A DNA stretch of 64,000 bases, taken from Callorhinchus milii. Its lineage: Eukaryota. Each line of letters starts with the position of its first letter. Position 1 is the first letter of the stretch. Shown here piece after piece: positions 22,489 through 36,118 of this stretch. Location: contig NW_024704742.1 in assembly GCF_018977255.1 (NCBI RefSeq), positions 18,168,001-18,232,000 of the forward strand, given 5' to 3'. The notes beneath the pieces are model-generated. The model saw nothing but the letters and a program-made list of their open reading frames with translations, was not told where the DNA came from and made no database searches. The position numbers and the translations under genes were made by a program.

Positions 22489-22691
22489 ACTACAGTTTGC
22501 GTCGGACCAATTCTGTGAATAGCCTTTCTCAAGTTGGTACAGCTCTTCCTGTTTCCGCATCCAGCCTGCTTCAGTATACATCCAGGCCTTACTCGTATCC
22601 TAGTTATCCATTGTCACCCACACTACCTCTTGGTAACAGCAATCATATTGGACAGCGGTTGTATGTCTCCAGCCACGGATCTTTCTTCTAA
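22489..22691 (+). CDS. RBM46: RBM46 last coding exon
   Basis: (D)YSLRRTNSVNSLSQV...YTSRPYSYPSYPLSPTLPLGNSNHIGQRLYVSSHGSFF* resembles the recalled RBM46 C-terminus (…RPYSYPGYPLSP…GQRL…SFF); acceptor attttcAG at 22487-22488, TAA at 22689-22691; spliced CDS is 1617 nt, in frame. Confidence 0.96.
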
Positions 22692-22841
22692 AAAAGTATT
22701 GTAGGTTGAATAACAAAATATTGTAAATGTTTTTTTTTCTTGGAGCACAGATTGACAGGTTGACTTTCTCAAAAAAATTTTGTTCGATTGTTACACTGTA
22801 TGGAATTTATTGAAGCACAAATGTGTAACCTCTTTCTGTGT

Positions 22842-22847
22842 ATTAAA
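22842..22847 (+). terminator. Candidate polyadenylation signal ATTAAA for RBM46
   Basis: First ATTAAA ~150 nt after the stop codon, followed by T/GT-rich sequence; another ATTAAA at 23160-23165. Confidence 0.4.
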
Positions 22848-23434
22848 GTTTTATCAAATTGTTTTTACATTCTTGTTAAAAATTTGAGAATGCTGTTCTG
22901 AATTTGTCGTTTTTTCATCGCAGTGACAAATTAATTGCCTTTGTTGTCCTTTAGCTATCTTAGTGCTTAACACCTATGGCATGATTAATGTAATAAGGTG
23001 AAGATTTCTACTAGGACTTAACTATAGCTGGAGTTCACTGTCACTGTTTCACGCTGTTAAGCTTCACTTTTCTCTTGTTTTTGCCATATTTGGATGTTCT
23101 GCTTGTTGAGAAGCAAGTATTTATATTGCATTTGTTAAATTGTTGCAATCATGTGTTCAATTAAATACTACTAAAACATTTTCTAGTTTGCTTTTTTTAA
23201 AAAAACTAAAGTACTTAAAACAGATTAGTTTCTTCAGGATGGAAGGTTGTAACACCAGATGGAGCACTGACAAAGTGTATGTTAAAAAACTATTGATGCT
23301 AGAACTAAAGTCACAAAGTTCAATCATCGCACATATTTATTTTAAACTAAGAAAAGTTATTAGTTTTAGTTTGTTTGATATCATTTTTTGTGTGTGAATA
23401 GTCAAACCATCAAGTATTGTTTGTACTTGAAGTT

Positions 23435-23795
23435 ATCTGCGACCTCCTAACCCCCTACTATCCTGCTCGCTCTCTCTGCTCTGTGGGCTCTGGCCTGCTT
23501 CACGTCCCTTGCCTCGCTCGCCCCACTATTGGTGGGCAGGCCTTCTGCGACTCTGCCCCCACCCTCTGGAACGGCATCCCGCAGTCCCTCTGCCTTGCCC
23601 CCTCCCTTGCCTCCTTCAAGACCCATCTCAAGACTCTTCAACCTTGCTTTCGATTTCCCTGCATCCCCCTCTGCCCTACATCCTCCCTGACCCCAACCCC
23701 CAGCTCGGGTCCGAAACTCTTGTCTGTCCAGCACCTTGGGATGTTCTCCCAACGTGAAAGGTGCTATACAAATGTAATTTTGCTGTTGTTGTTGC
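23435..23795 (+). mobile_element. L2 3' end
   Basis: 'DLLTPYYPARSL.S.GSGLLHVP...TIGGQAF..SAPTLWN' plus hairpin and (TTG)n tail. Confidence 0.85.
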
Positions 23796-24400
23796 CATCC
23801 ATGTATTACAGTAATTCCCAACTGTATGTATTACAATGTATTATTGTATGTATTTCAGTAATCCCCAGCTGATATTGTACTCAGTGTTTCTAGTTTGATT
23901 AGGTATTGGCCTTGGTCAGTGAAAACAATGCATACCAATTATATTGGATATAGCTATCCAGGGATGCTCTGCATCCTTGTTGTCAGTCATGTCACAGAGT
24001 AATGTTGTTGAGGAAGAGCTGACTCTCAACAATCTTCAGGAAATTAAGATTTTCATTACAGGAAAGTATTTAATTTTACACTACAGCTTTGAATAGAGTG
24101 CACCCCAAAGCTTTATTTTTCCAATTAAGTTGAAAATATCTCACCCAATCTCATAAACCATAGTCGTAAACAATATCTTCATAAACTTAGAACATTGCAG
24201 TGTCAAATTGGGAAGTGATGTGCTACCAATCTTATTAATCATGCAAATACAGTACTTCTATATCGAGCAAGCAGCTCAATTTTTCCCATCCCTTCCTCTG
24301 GCAGGACAGCAGTTGTGAAGCATGACATCCTGAATTAGCCTAATTTGATACGTTTATCAATAATTTGACCTCCTATTCCGTTTTTCAGATGTAGAACTTA

Positions 24401-24507
24401 ATAATAATAATAATAATCCTTGCATTTGATATAGCGCTTTTCACGTCGGGAGGACGTCCCATAGCGCTTCACAGAACACACTGTAAAGTGAATTGACTGT
24501 ATATTTG
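24401..24507 (-). mobile_element. SINE tail-only insertion (CTCCC loop)
   Basis: (AAT)n-ccttgcatttgatatagcgcttttcacgtcgggaggacgtccc... Confidence 0.85.
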
Positions 24508-25799
24508 TTTAAACTTAAACTTTAAACTCAAACTGATGTCAGAATTCTAATGCTGCATTTGCTTGTGATCTTAACTTTAATTATATTTTATATCAGAATG
24601 CATTGGAATGATGAGTTTCAACTTTGGCACTGAACTCGCCTGTATCTCATTTGGTACATGTCTGAAACAGTTCTCAGCTTACTGTGAGTTCAAGCTCCAT
24701 GTTAGAACTTTGAGCTCAGAGTCTTGAGTAATTCTCCAATGCACTGCTAGAAAGGTACATAGTTCAAGGTGTCTTTTTGATGAGACGTTAAAGCAAGGTC
24801 CCATCTGCCTGTTTAGGTAAATGTTAAAGATCCTGTGACACTACAGGAAAAACAAAGGGAATTCACATTAGCCGAGGCAGTATAATGAAAGCCAAAGCAA
24901 CTGAAGGCAATTAGTGAGAATGCAGTGAAGTAGGATTTGTGTGTTTATTAATGAAATACTTATTGGGAAGGACAGAAAGGACTCATGGGCTTCATTTGAT
25001 CCAGCCAACGAACATTCTCATACATACCATTCATATCTGTGGTTACTGAAAGGTATGGCAAACAACTCATAAAGTTGATCGTAGTGCAGTAAAGATGTGT
25101 TTACATACAGGAGAAACTCCCCAGAGCAATGGATCTGACAGAATATCTGAAAAGAGGACCAACCAATAACCAGAATGGTTGTGGGTATGACCCCACATCC
25201 CAAATCCATCTCATTAGTTTAGCTCTGAACTCAACAGGATGGCAAGTTATCTTTTTGGGGGGAGTTTTACCAGTATTTTGCTAACCAGTATTCCAATGTT
25301 GCAAACTATGGGCCAGAGATTTAACTTCCTGTTCAGTACACCCAATTGTTGTGGCGAAGTACTTTGAAATGTTCATTCTACATGAAAGCACTTATGCAAG
25401 CAGTTATTTTTAGTTTAGATGGGAACAGAAGTTCTAATGGATAGTGATGGTTTTCTAACTCAACAAAAAACAAATTCAAATTAAAGGATCCTGAATATAT
25501 TTTAAGAAAATAAAATTAAGTAACATGTTGTCAGATGTATTTCTGCAAGACTTAATTGTACTTGATCGAGGAATTACCTCATATGATTTGTGGGAAACAC
25601 TTCTTGACCGTTCATGTTAACCATCATTCACTTGATTTCACAATTTCCTATTTTAAATGTCAATAGTTTAATTTGAATACATTAGCTTATGAACTATCTA
25701 CACTTAGCAGAAGTAACAGTAAAAATAACAGTAAAACATTCAGTGGGCACATCATTTAGTGTGATATTTATGGCATAGTTTCTGTCCAACCAGCTTTGT

Positions 25800-26080
25800 A
25801 ATAATACTAATTCTTGCATTTGATATAGCGCTTTTCACGTCTTCTAGACGTCTCAAAGCACTTCACAGAATGTACTGTAAAGTGAATTGACTATATTTGT
25901 GGGTGACACGTGTCCCACAAACAGTCGTGGATTGAAGTGACCAATTTATTATTGTTTTTTTTCTTGAGGGATTATTAACAGGCGTGTGGAGTAAGGAAAC
26001 TTGTCCAAGGTTTCACCCTGCCGGGAATCAAACCCACGCTTGAGATGCGAGTGTTCTAACCACTGAGCTACAGGACTCCA
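25800..26080 (-). mobile_element. tRNA-SINE, short form
   Basis: Reverse complement of the SINE consensus, ending 'ccactgagctacaggactcc'. Confidence 0.88.
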
Positions 26081-26799
26081 CATATTCAGTCTTGGTAAAT
26101 TTTCTTTAAATGAGAATCAACCATTGTAAAAGAACTTGGAATGGTAAGCCACTCTGCCAGGAAAAGAAATGTTCTGGATATTCCACAAATCTTATATTGT
26201 ACATAGATAATTCAGTGTTCTATGCACTTCAGACAAGTGCTCAATAATGTTTTTTAGTTTGAATTTATCTGTTGGTCAAACTAATTACAAATGGACAGTG
26301 TTACCTAATTATTCTCAGTTAATTAAATTTGAGTTCAATAAAAGCACATGTTTACGGAATGTAATTTACATACTGGAATATATCATTGTAAGGGTGTATT
26401 TAAACATAAAAAATAATTGAGGAAAATGACTGACAATGATTGTGACTTGTTAGTTTGTCACCCGCTTGGCTCGTGCCTTTGGTTTGATCACTAATGTGCC
26501 TGTAGCTCAGGTTTCTCCTGCTGAGCCTTTCATTTGCATTCAATTCCCCTGCCCTCATTCCATGCATCTGATGTTCCTCATTTTTTTTATTTCTTCCCCC
26601 TCCCCCAAGCTGCTAAATCAATATTCTTGCAAACCTATTTTTCCACTGAATTTTGCTAACGGCGCAATTTAGGAACAGCTTTTCAACTTTCTGGGCCTAT
26701 TCCTGTAGTTATTAGATCATGCAGATCTCGAATACTATTTCCCTTCTTACTCCTGAATGCCTTTAGTTTAATAACCTTAGTGTCAACCAAGCTGATTGT

Positions 26800-27170
26800 A
26801 GCATTCTAGGGTCTGAGTCAGATGGTTGTCGGTTCAAGCTGCACGAAGGCGTTTGAGCTCACAGTGTAGGGTGATGCTCCAGTGCGATACTGGGGGCGTG
26901 CAGTATTGTTAGAGGTGCCGCCATTTGGTTGAGATGTTAAACTGAGGTTCTGTTTGCTTGTTCAGGTGGGTATTGCAGGATCCCATGGCATTGTGTGAAC
27001 AGAAGAATTTCCCCTGGTGTCTGGGTAACAGATAACATTTTCCTTCATGACAGTTTGGGTACACTGCGTATAATTGCCTGCTGCTTTCGCTTAGGAATAT
27101 ACCGTCACTCCACTTTACAGTGAATCCTTTGAGATGTCTTGGTCACGTGATAAAATGGTATTTGATATAA
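26800..27170 (+). mobile_element. DeuSINE copy (old)
   Basis: 'gaggtgccgccatttggttgagatgttaaactgaggttctgtttgcttgttcaggtgg...gatcccatggcatt'. Confidence 0.7.
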
Positions 27171-28079
27171 GTCCCCAATTATTTTTAATCTCCCTTTTAA
27201 ACATCTCAATTCTGCCTTTGGCCTGTAAGGTTCAATTAAGTTCTGTGACCATGTGGTGCAGTATGAACTGATACAAATTTACCTTTAAGCAGTAAAGTTT
27301 AATAAAATGTTAGTAGCGTTATACATATAATCAAAGTTATGCTTACGACTGTGTGGTACAATTCACAGCAACAAGTTGATTAATTCTTGTGCTATGGAAG
27401 AGATCAGAGGAACTGACTTTGTTGAGTGCGTTGATCATAGTTGTCGATAATTCAATCTTCTGTTGTCTTACTTCAGGTTTGGTTGCAGTTAGCCTCTCTA
27501 TTCCCAAACTCTGCTCTTGTGCCTTCGTTGAGAATTATTCTTACATTTATACCTTTTTAAGTCATGTACACATCGACCTTGTAAAGACATCTGGATTTAG
27601 CTGTACTAAAAACATCTTTTGATCAAACCGTCTTAAACAGTCTTATCCCTGACTGATATCCGTAGTTGTCAACATCTTTCTTTATTAAAACTCATACAGC
27701 TTGTTTCAAGCAAGTCTTAAGTCCCAAGGTAATGAGCACAGATTTAACAGTTAATTTTTAACGTCCATTGTGCAGTCAAATGTAGTTGTTCCTTAAGTTG
27801 GTTCACTCAGACCCTTGTTTTCATCAACATCCTTTCACTCATTTCTCCTTGGCGGCAACCATTTGTATCTGTGTCATAAATATCCTTGAAGGTTTTCATA
27901 GTCATCCTTTATCAAGCAAACAAGTCCATGATACTTTACATTTTTCTTTGGTCAATTTATAATATATGTGAATTCTGGGATTGCTTACAGGCATTCTGGG
28001 GGATTGAATTCCATATTTTTCATAACTGCTGCTTTTAAACCATGCTTTTACTTTTTCAACAGTAGATTCAAGAGATTTT

Positions 28080-29098
28080 AACAACAACAAAATTACATTT
28101 CTATAGCGCCTTTCACGTCGGGAGAACATTCCAAGGCGCTGGACAGACAGAGGTCCATAACCAGAGCTGGGGGTTGGGGTCGGGGAGGGTGGAGGGCAGG
28201 GGGGGAAGCAGGGTGATTGAAAGCACGATCGAAGAGGAGGGTCTTGAGATGGGTTTTGAAGGTGGCAAGGGAGAGCGCGAGGCGGTGGGATTTTGGGGTG
28301 GTGTTCCAGAGGGTGGGGCAGAGTGGCAGAAGGCCCGCTTGTCAATAGTGGTGCGAGCGAGGCGGGGGTCGTGAAGCAGGCTGGAGCCCGCCGAGCGGAG
28401 GGAGCAAGCAGAATGTCGCAGAGGTAGGGGGAGCAAGACCATGGAGGGCTTTGAAGGTGAGGACCAGGATCTTAAACTGTATCCTCTGTGTGATGGGAAG
28501 CCAGTGGAGTTGGGCGAGGATGGGGGTGATAGGGTCGCGGAGCCTAGTGCGGGAGAGGACACGGGCCGCAGAGTTCTGGATGATCTGCATTTCCCTATGG
28601 AGAGAGAAATTGGGGAGGCCGATAAGCAATGAGTTTGCATAGTTGAGCCTTGATGTGATGAAAGCATGTATGAGGCTTTCAGCGGCCTGCGGTATGAGAC
28701 AGTGTCGGAATCATACAACGTTGCGGAGGTGGGGGAAGCCAGAGTGGGTCATGGCGCAGATGTGGGGTAGAAAGGATAGTTGAGGGTCAAACAAGACCCC
28801 AAGTTTCCGGACTGGCTTAGCAAGGTGGAATGTGCAACCATGGATGGTGATACTGTCAGCGCCTGAGGTGAGGAGGCACTGATGGGAGCCAATCAGGAGA
28901 GCGCTGGTCTTGTCGATGTTCAATTGAAGAAAGTGAGCTCTCATTCAGAGGTTGATGTCCACAGACATTTTATCAGGTTAGCAGTGGTCCTGGAGTTAAG
29001 GGTGGAGGCAGAGAGGTACAGTTGTGTGTCATCTGTATACATGTGGAAGTTGACCCCATGTCTGCGGATGATGTCACCAAGAGGGAGTATATAGATAT
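28080..29098 (-). mobile_element. L2 3' ~1 kb (end of RT to tail)
   Basis: Minus-strand '[11 protein letters not shown]', 'FLQLNIDKT', 'IQNSAARVLSRTRLRDPITPILAQLHWLPI'; same family as 12550-13548. Confidence 0.9.
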
Positions 29099-29799
29099 TT
29101 AAGATGAGAAGATTGTTATAATATTATTGATAATCATTTTTTTATTTTTTATCACTCCATTACTGCTTTTGTCAAAAGAGTTGAAGATAGAATCCAGAAT
29201 AAGCCGTAAATGGTGAAAGCGGAGGAACTCGTGGAAGTCAGAAGGTTACTGTGAGCAAAATCTTGAAAATAAGGTTGCCTCTCATTTGGGCAGTAGCATT
29301 TGTGAAAAATCATTTATATTTGAAGGATGAGGAAAACTGGTGTAGATTTGTAGTCTTAAAAAATTATATGCCTTGGATGCCAGACGATGGCACTGCAGTT
29401 TTAAACCTATTAATAGTATAGTATGTGCGTGGAAGAATTTGCACAAAATGTACTGAGCTAGTCCTTTTCTGGAATAAATTTGCTGATCTGTTAGACGTTT
29501 AAAGGTGCATTGAGAAGAATTTGATTCTAAAAAGGTGAATAATTGTAGAGTTGTGCTATCCATTTATTAATGTATTCATACATTCATGCAAATGATCAGT
29601 GCATCACTAATGAGAAGGAAAATTAAATTAGCAACAATTCAATCCCATTGTAAGAAAAGAATAGTGGTCATCTGATTAATGTGCAAGTAAAATGTGAATG
29701 TAAATATGGCAAACCACCAATGCTAGGAAATTGTCATTTTTTCGGGGTCATCCAGGTGTCTGACACATGTGGAAACGTCACTATTCTTAAGAGTATGCA

Positions 29800-30230
29800 A
29801 ACCAACTGAGAGTTCCATTCATCCCACCTACACGTGGAGGTGTTTTTTGGGGGAATGGAATGAACATTCTCTTCCTGGTGGAACACATCCTGCTTATCTA
29901 ATTCCAGAGAGTATTAGGTGCAGGTTGTCAAGAGCCAAGGCTTGGGATCTCAGAGTATGTGTTGGGCTACTGTTAGAGTCTAACCAGCTAAAACCGCATA
30001 GCTTGCCATTGAGAGTACTGTCTGACAAGCGTTCCCCTACCTGTCAAGGCTTTGGCTTACAGGGTTAACAGGAACTGAGTGGGGAAAGTTGCTGCCCTCA
30101 ATCTACCCTTCGAATTCCTGCCAATGAGCCAGGCTGGCTTTGCTGTCATTAGCAGTGCCCTGGAGTTGTGAGGAACTGGAACTAGACTATCGAGACCACC
30201 GCAGAAGGTTGTCTCAATTCTCACATTCTG
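29800..30230 (+). repeat. Unclassified dispersed repeat (other copies at 50095-50420 minus, 56800-56980 plus, 2618-2680 plus)
   Basis: Shared blocks 'caggttg.caagagccaa', 'ctaaccagctaaaac', 'cctgccaatgagccaggctggc..tgctgtcat.ag', 'gagacca..cagaaggttg.ctcaa.tct'. Confidence 0.75.
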
Positions 30231-31594
30231 TTCCAAGGAGACTCCACTTTATCTCCCCCCCCACCCCAACCCCACCCTTCAAGAGCTGAGTCACTTGTTG
30301 GTCATGTATTTTATGTTTGAAATAATATGAACAATTCATTTGTTCATTAGATGCCCAGAAATATGAATGTTAAAAGCTAAGATACTGACAATAAGCCTAG
30401 TTAAAATAAAATGTGTTACACATCTTTACTTTGTATCTGAAAAAATACAGGTAAGCTGCACCGAAGACCCCACAGTACAGTTTGTCAATATTTGGAGAAA
30501 GGTTACCCAGCTGTGTGCCAGAAAGTAGGTACCTAAAAGCTGAGTGGAATATTGCTGAGTAAAAATGTATAATTTGAAGATAACTGACTGAAATTAAAAT
30601 TAAAAAGCTCAAATGCAAAGTTGACATCAACAGCCTAACAGGGAGATATTTTACATTGGTCTTTAAAGTAGTGGTTTGCTACTGTATATTAGTTTTTTTC
30701 CCCCATTTTCTATGGATATATTGCCTCCTCATCCAGCAAGGGGGCACTTCACATATTCAGACAATTTTGTAGACTTACTATGATTTGGTTTCTCTTACTT
30801 GCCGCAGGATTAGATGGCTTAATGGATGCCATTGTAAGCTCATCACATCCAACATGTTGAATATGCGATGCTAGGAGAAATATCAAGGTATTGTAAAGTA
30901 GCTTGTGTTTTTATGGAGCCTTGTTGAATCCAAAAGTCTCAAAACACTTATTGGGTAATTATGCGTTTAAGCCTCCAAATCAGAACTCAAGCTCATGTCC
31001 TAAAACCATGTGTAGTTTTTCTTCCTAACCTCTCTCCTTACACTTTTGATAATTACTTTAAATCTGTACCCTGAAGCTACTGACTCACGAAGTGGTGAAA
31101 ATAATTACTCCCTGTTTATATTTTTAAATCCATTATAATTTAAAAATCAGATCTCCTCTCGACCTCTCTTTTCTAGGGAAAACATTCCCCTTTACCACAG
31201 GCTTTCCTCATAAGTAAAATCTCTCATTCCTGTCACCATCTTACTAAATCTCTCAATGGCCGTGGCATCCTTCCTATAGTCAATGATATGCACAAAATGG
31301 GAATGCAATATCCTAATGCAACCTAACTAAGAATTGACTTCATGGCTGTTTGTGGTACATAGATGTATGCACATTGACTGCGTTGTTCCTCTTAAAAATA
31401 GTCACTATAAATTCTGTGAAGTATTTTGAGATGTTGATGACATCACATGCCACTATATCAAATGCAAAGAATATTGTTATTCCATATCCCTATTTATACA
31501 ACCTAGGATTCCATTTTTTTAAAACAGTTTTATGAATTTGTACTCCCAATTTTATAGTTGTGTATATTAACCTCTAGGCCACTAGGCTCCTTAA

Positions 31595-31890
31595 GTCCTT
31601 TAAAATTGTAAACCTTTGTTAAAGAAACAGAGGGAAGCTGAGGAGAAATGTTTTCACACAGCAATTTGTTTGGATCTGGAATGCATTGCCTGAAAGGGTG
31701 GTGGAAGCCGATTCGATAACAACGTTTAGTAGAGAAGTTGATAATTATTTGGGGAGGACAAGTTTTCAGGGCTATGGGGAGAGAGCAGGATGTGGGATCG
31801 ATTTTGATAGCTCTTTTAAAAGAGCCGGCACAGACATGATGGGCTGACTGGCCTCCTTCTGTGCTGTATAACTCTATGATTCTATGATTT
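31595..31890 (+). mobile_element. CR1 3' end, related to the CR1 fused to 7SK
   Basis: 'atctggaatgcattgcctgaaagggtggtgga...aaagagccggcacagacatgatgggc...cctccttctgtgctgtataactctatgattctatga'. Confidence 0.85.
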
Positions 31891-34739
31891 AATGTATATC
31901 TCATCTCCTTATTCTACTTTCCAAATTTATCACATCGGACTATTCAGCACTGAATTCATGTATCAGGGCAATCTACTGGTTCATGTCGTCTTGAAGTAAC
32001 TTACGGTCCTCTTCACAATTTGCCATACTATTTGTATTGTATGTTTTTAGATTGTGACTCCAAAACGTGAGTTCAGATTATTTATACAAATAAAGTAAGT
32101 GGGACATCACCATTTACATCTCCCAATCCAAAAAAAAACATTCATTTGCTCCTACTCTCTATTTTCTGTCCTTTAGCCAACTCTATCCATGCTGAAACAA
32201 TTCTGTTTCTACAAATCACCTTGTTTTCTTTGAATAACAACAAAAACTTGCATTTTTATAGCACCCTTCGGTAGCATCTTGGAGCTTAATAAACCTCTTA
32301 AGCAGTACCTTGTCAATTGGCTTTTGAAAACCCATATATCAATATTTTATTACTTGCTGAAAGAATTCTATTAAATTTGTTGAGCAAGACTTGCCTTATA
32401 TAAATCTATGCTGGCTATCATTAATTTACCCTTTGTATGTCTAAGTGATTATTAATATTAGCCCATATTACTGCCTCTGAAAGTTTACTCCTTTCGCCCA
32501 CAAAATATACAGTCAATTCACTTTACTGTAAATTCTGTGAAGCGCTTTAAGACATCTTGAAGACATGATAAGGCGCTATTCAAGTGCAAGGATTATATCA
32601 CTATGTATATGAGGTTAACTGGTCTGATAGTTATTCAATGTATCTCTCCTTTCTTGAACAGAGGTGCCATCTCCATCCAGTCTTTGGCAAAATATTCAGA
32701 TACAAGGATATTTGACATTTTCTACCAAATAGGGGTACAGAAAGCTAGAGCAGAAATTGCTATTTGACTGGAGTGAGAATAGAAACTAAGATGTTACAAT
32801 GTTCATGCATACCATTGTTAGTTTCTTTCAGACAACTTTAAAGACAAAACACCAACTTCTCTGTTCATTCAACAATCAGAAGTTGCTATAATTGTGTTTT
32901 TTCATATGTCTGTTGTCAGTTTTACTATTTCAAAATTGTTTTCCTGTGAAAAACGATTGAGGAAGGCTCTGAGGAATTTGACTTAGTGCTTGGGAGCAAG
33001 GAAAGAAACTGGACAAATCATAGATTTCTTACAACCTAATGTACACTCCATCAACTCTAATTTGTCAACTGATGTGAAGTTTTACATGTAACAGATTCCA
33101 GGTGATGATACTGTCTGAAAGTATTTCACAAGTGAGAGAAGCTGTGATTGAAGCATACCACTGATTTTTTTGCAAACAGTTTTGTATTTGTAAGAAATTG
33201 AGGTAGACTAGTCAACTCCTGCCTGAAATTATATAACTATGCACATAGTTTATAGCTGCAACAGCTATTGGGTTCCAGGCATAAATATGCAGGTTTGGCT
33301 TAACTGACTAAAATCTCTTGGATGCACTTTGAGGGAATTCAGCTAAGTTTAATAAGGTATTCTAATAATAATAATAATAATAATAATAATCCTTGCATTT
33401 GGTTATTTTCACATAATTGCCTCCAGACTGCACAAATTATTTTTGCTGGAAAACAGGTATTGTTATAGATATCGGAAAACAGATTTATGTATTGGTACAT
33501 TCAAGTATATATTGCTGAACTGAAAGTGATAGACTTGGATAAATCAATATTAATTCATAGAATGTTGCCTGTTACAGTAGTGCATTGAAGGATTTTGTGT
33601 GAGAAATCACTTCATCAGAAAGAGAGTATTTATGTTCAATGTTTTCATCTGTCGTGCGAAATAAGAAACTGAATTCTGAAACAGCTGGGGATTATTTGCT
33701 TGAAACGATTTGTCAGCTAGCCATAATGAATACCATGATGATGTAAATGCTCTTTTTAAAAAAAATTTCTTACCATTATGAACCAAACTATTTTACATCA
33801 CTGCTAGGATTAGGCAGTAAAATTTAGACCATTAATCTGTTTAAGATGAATTTTTGATTATTACAGGTTTTATTTTAATTTCCACTGGTGCACAAATATA
33901 ATTTGTATGCTTTTACTGTGCTGCGATCTGTGACTTAAGTATTTTATAATGTATCATACTGACGTACTGAATGCACCATTTCTCATATCTGTGTGATTGT
34001 AAACTTTACAATGCATCTAATTGTGCAATATTGCGAGGACAGCATTTGATCATGATGCAGAGGAATCAAGATTGAAACAGGTTTCATTCAGTTTCTCTGA
34101 TATTGCAGAACACATTAAATGCAAAAAACTATCAAGTAAAAAATCACCGCATAGTGGGAACAATATATCACTCATCTCATGCTAGTGTTTTCATTTAATT
34201 TCATCCGAGCGCCTTGGGACCACCTCCCGATGTGAAAGGCGCTATACAAATGTAATTTTGTTGTTGTGTTTGAACTTCCTAGGAAAAAAATAATTATGAA
34301 AGCCAAAGACATCTGGCGATAACAAAAAAAATGCCCCAAATCAGTAAAACAGGTTACTAAGATTCTTCAGTTGAATGCCAACAAAACTGAGGATCTCATA
34401 CTTGGCTCTCTTTTCCCTCAGGCGCTGACCACATCAACCTCCATGGGTGCTTGCTCCACAACATGAAGCTGGTGCGGAATCTGCATGTCTTTTTTGACCT
34501 TTGGCTCTTTTTCATGCTTTATATCTGAGCTCTCACTTGCTCAGTGTTCCCTCACTGCCACATTACCTGCTTTCACTTTTCCCTCACTGTCTCTTCCCCC
34601 ACGCTGCTAAGATCCTCATTCACATCTTCACCACCTCCAGTCTGGATTATTCCCATGCCCTGTTTCCTCGATGACCCAGCTCATCACCACAAACTGCAGA
34701 CAATCCAGAATTTCAGTATTTTGAGTGAAGTGGTTTTAT

Positions 34740-35535
34740 TATGTCAGCCTGGCTGCTAGTATAATTCTTACCTCTGAGACAGAAGGTTGTGGATTCTTGT
34801 TCCATGTAAAATGCTAAAAATCTAGGCTGACCCTCCAAATCAGTGCTGAGGAAATGCTGCATTGTTGGAGGTTCCGTCCTTTAGATAACGTTAAACTGAA
34901 GACCCGGCTGCCTTTTTGGGTGGCCTTTAAAAATCTCACAGAACCATTCAATAATAATAATAATACTCCTTGCATTTGATATAGCGCTTTATCACATCTT
35001 CAAGACGTCTCAAAGTGCTTCACAGAATATACTGTAAATTGAATTGACTGGATATTTTGTGAGTGAAACATGGCAACCAAACACGCACAGCAGTGTCCCA
35101 CAAACAGTCGTGGATTGAACTGACCAATTTATTATTGTTATTTTTTTGAAGGAATTATTATCCCCGGAAAAGTGATCCGCCAATCGACTAACAATCGGGT
35201 TTCTGCCTACTACTAGGTCAACAAAGATGTGTGGAGTAAGGAAACTTGCCCAACATTTCGCCCTGTCGGGAATCGAACCTAGGTCTCTCGCTTGTGAGAC
35301 GAGTGCTCTAATCACTAATTACAGGATTCCAAGAAGCGAAGGGAGTTTCTTCAGGTGTCTTGACCCCAAATAAATAAATACATTTGGTCATTCACTTCAT
35401 TACTGTTGGTGGGACATTGTGAACAAATCGGCTTCCATGTTTGCCTGCAATACACTATCAATGCATTTACAGGAATATTCTGTGGAGCAATCAATGATGT
35501 GATAATATTCTATGTCAAATACAAGGTTTATTTTA
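34740..35535 (+). mobile_element. DeuSINE interrupted by a minus-strand long-form SINE (34950-35330)
   Basis: Deu head and core at 34740-34950 resume at 35331 ('gaagggagtttcttcaggtgtcttgacc...'). Confidence 0.7.
34950..35330 (-). mobile_element. tRNA-SINE, long form
   Basis: SINE consensus plus the extra internal segment seen at 36227-36285. Confidence 0.85.
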
Positions 35536-36118
35536 TTTGTTACCTCTTGTGTTTACATGAATTTCAATAATTTCAGGCACTATACCAAATGCAAGGATTA
35601 TTATATTCAATAATTTCACAAAAACTTAGTGTATAAAAATGAGCAATACAAATACATAGCCGTAACACCCTACATGTGTGTGTGTGTCTGGTAGGGGTGG
35701 TGGTGAGGGGATTGTTAAAAGTCATCTTTTTTAGAAAAAGTGTTAGTACAACAGATAGAATATTAAAAGTTTGACACTGATTATCCATATCATAACTAGT
35801 TAAAAAAAAACTGCAGTAGTTTTTAATGCTAAGAACGGGTGGTTTGAAAAGGATTGGTGAGTAGACTGACGGTTGGTAAATTTACTGAGTTTGGTATTGT
35901 GAGCTTATAAATGGACAGTGATCATTGAACAAAATCAATTTTCCAATTAGTAAATTTACTGAGCAGTGGAGAGTGAGATCCATTTGCCTTTCAAAGTCAT
36001 TAAATATACTGAGAAACACATTCCTGTAGCCTGGAATGATTTCTAAATCATTCACATTTTAAAGCAGGTATTCAATGTAGTTCAAGAATAATTGTATTTA
36101 TTAATTGCAATAATTGTG

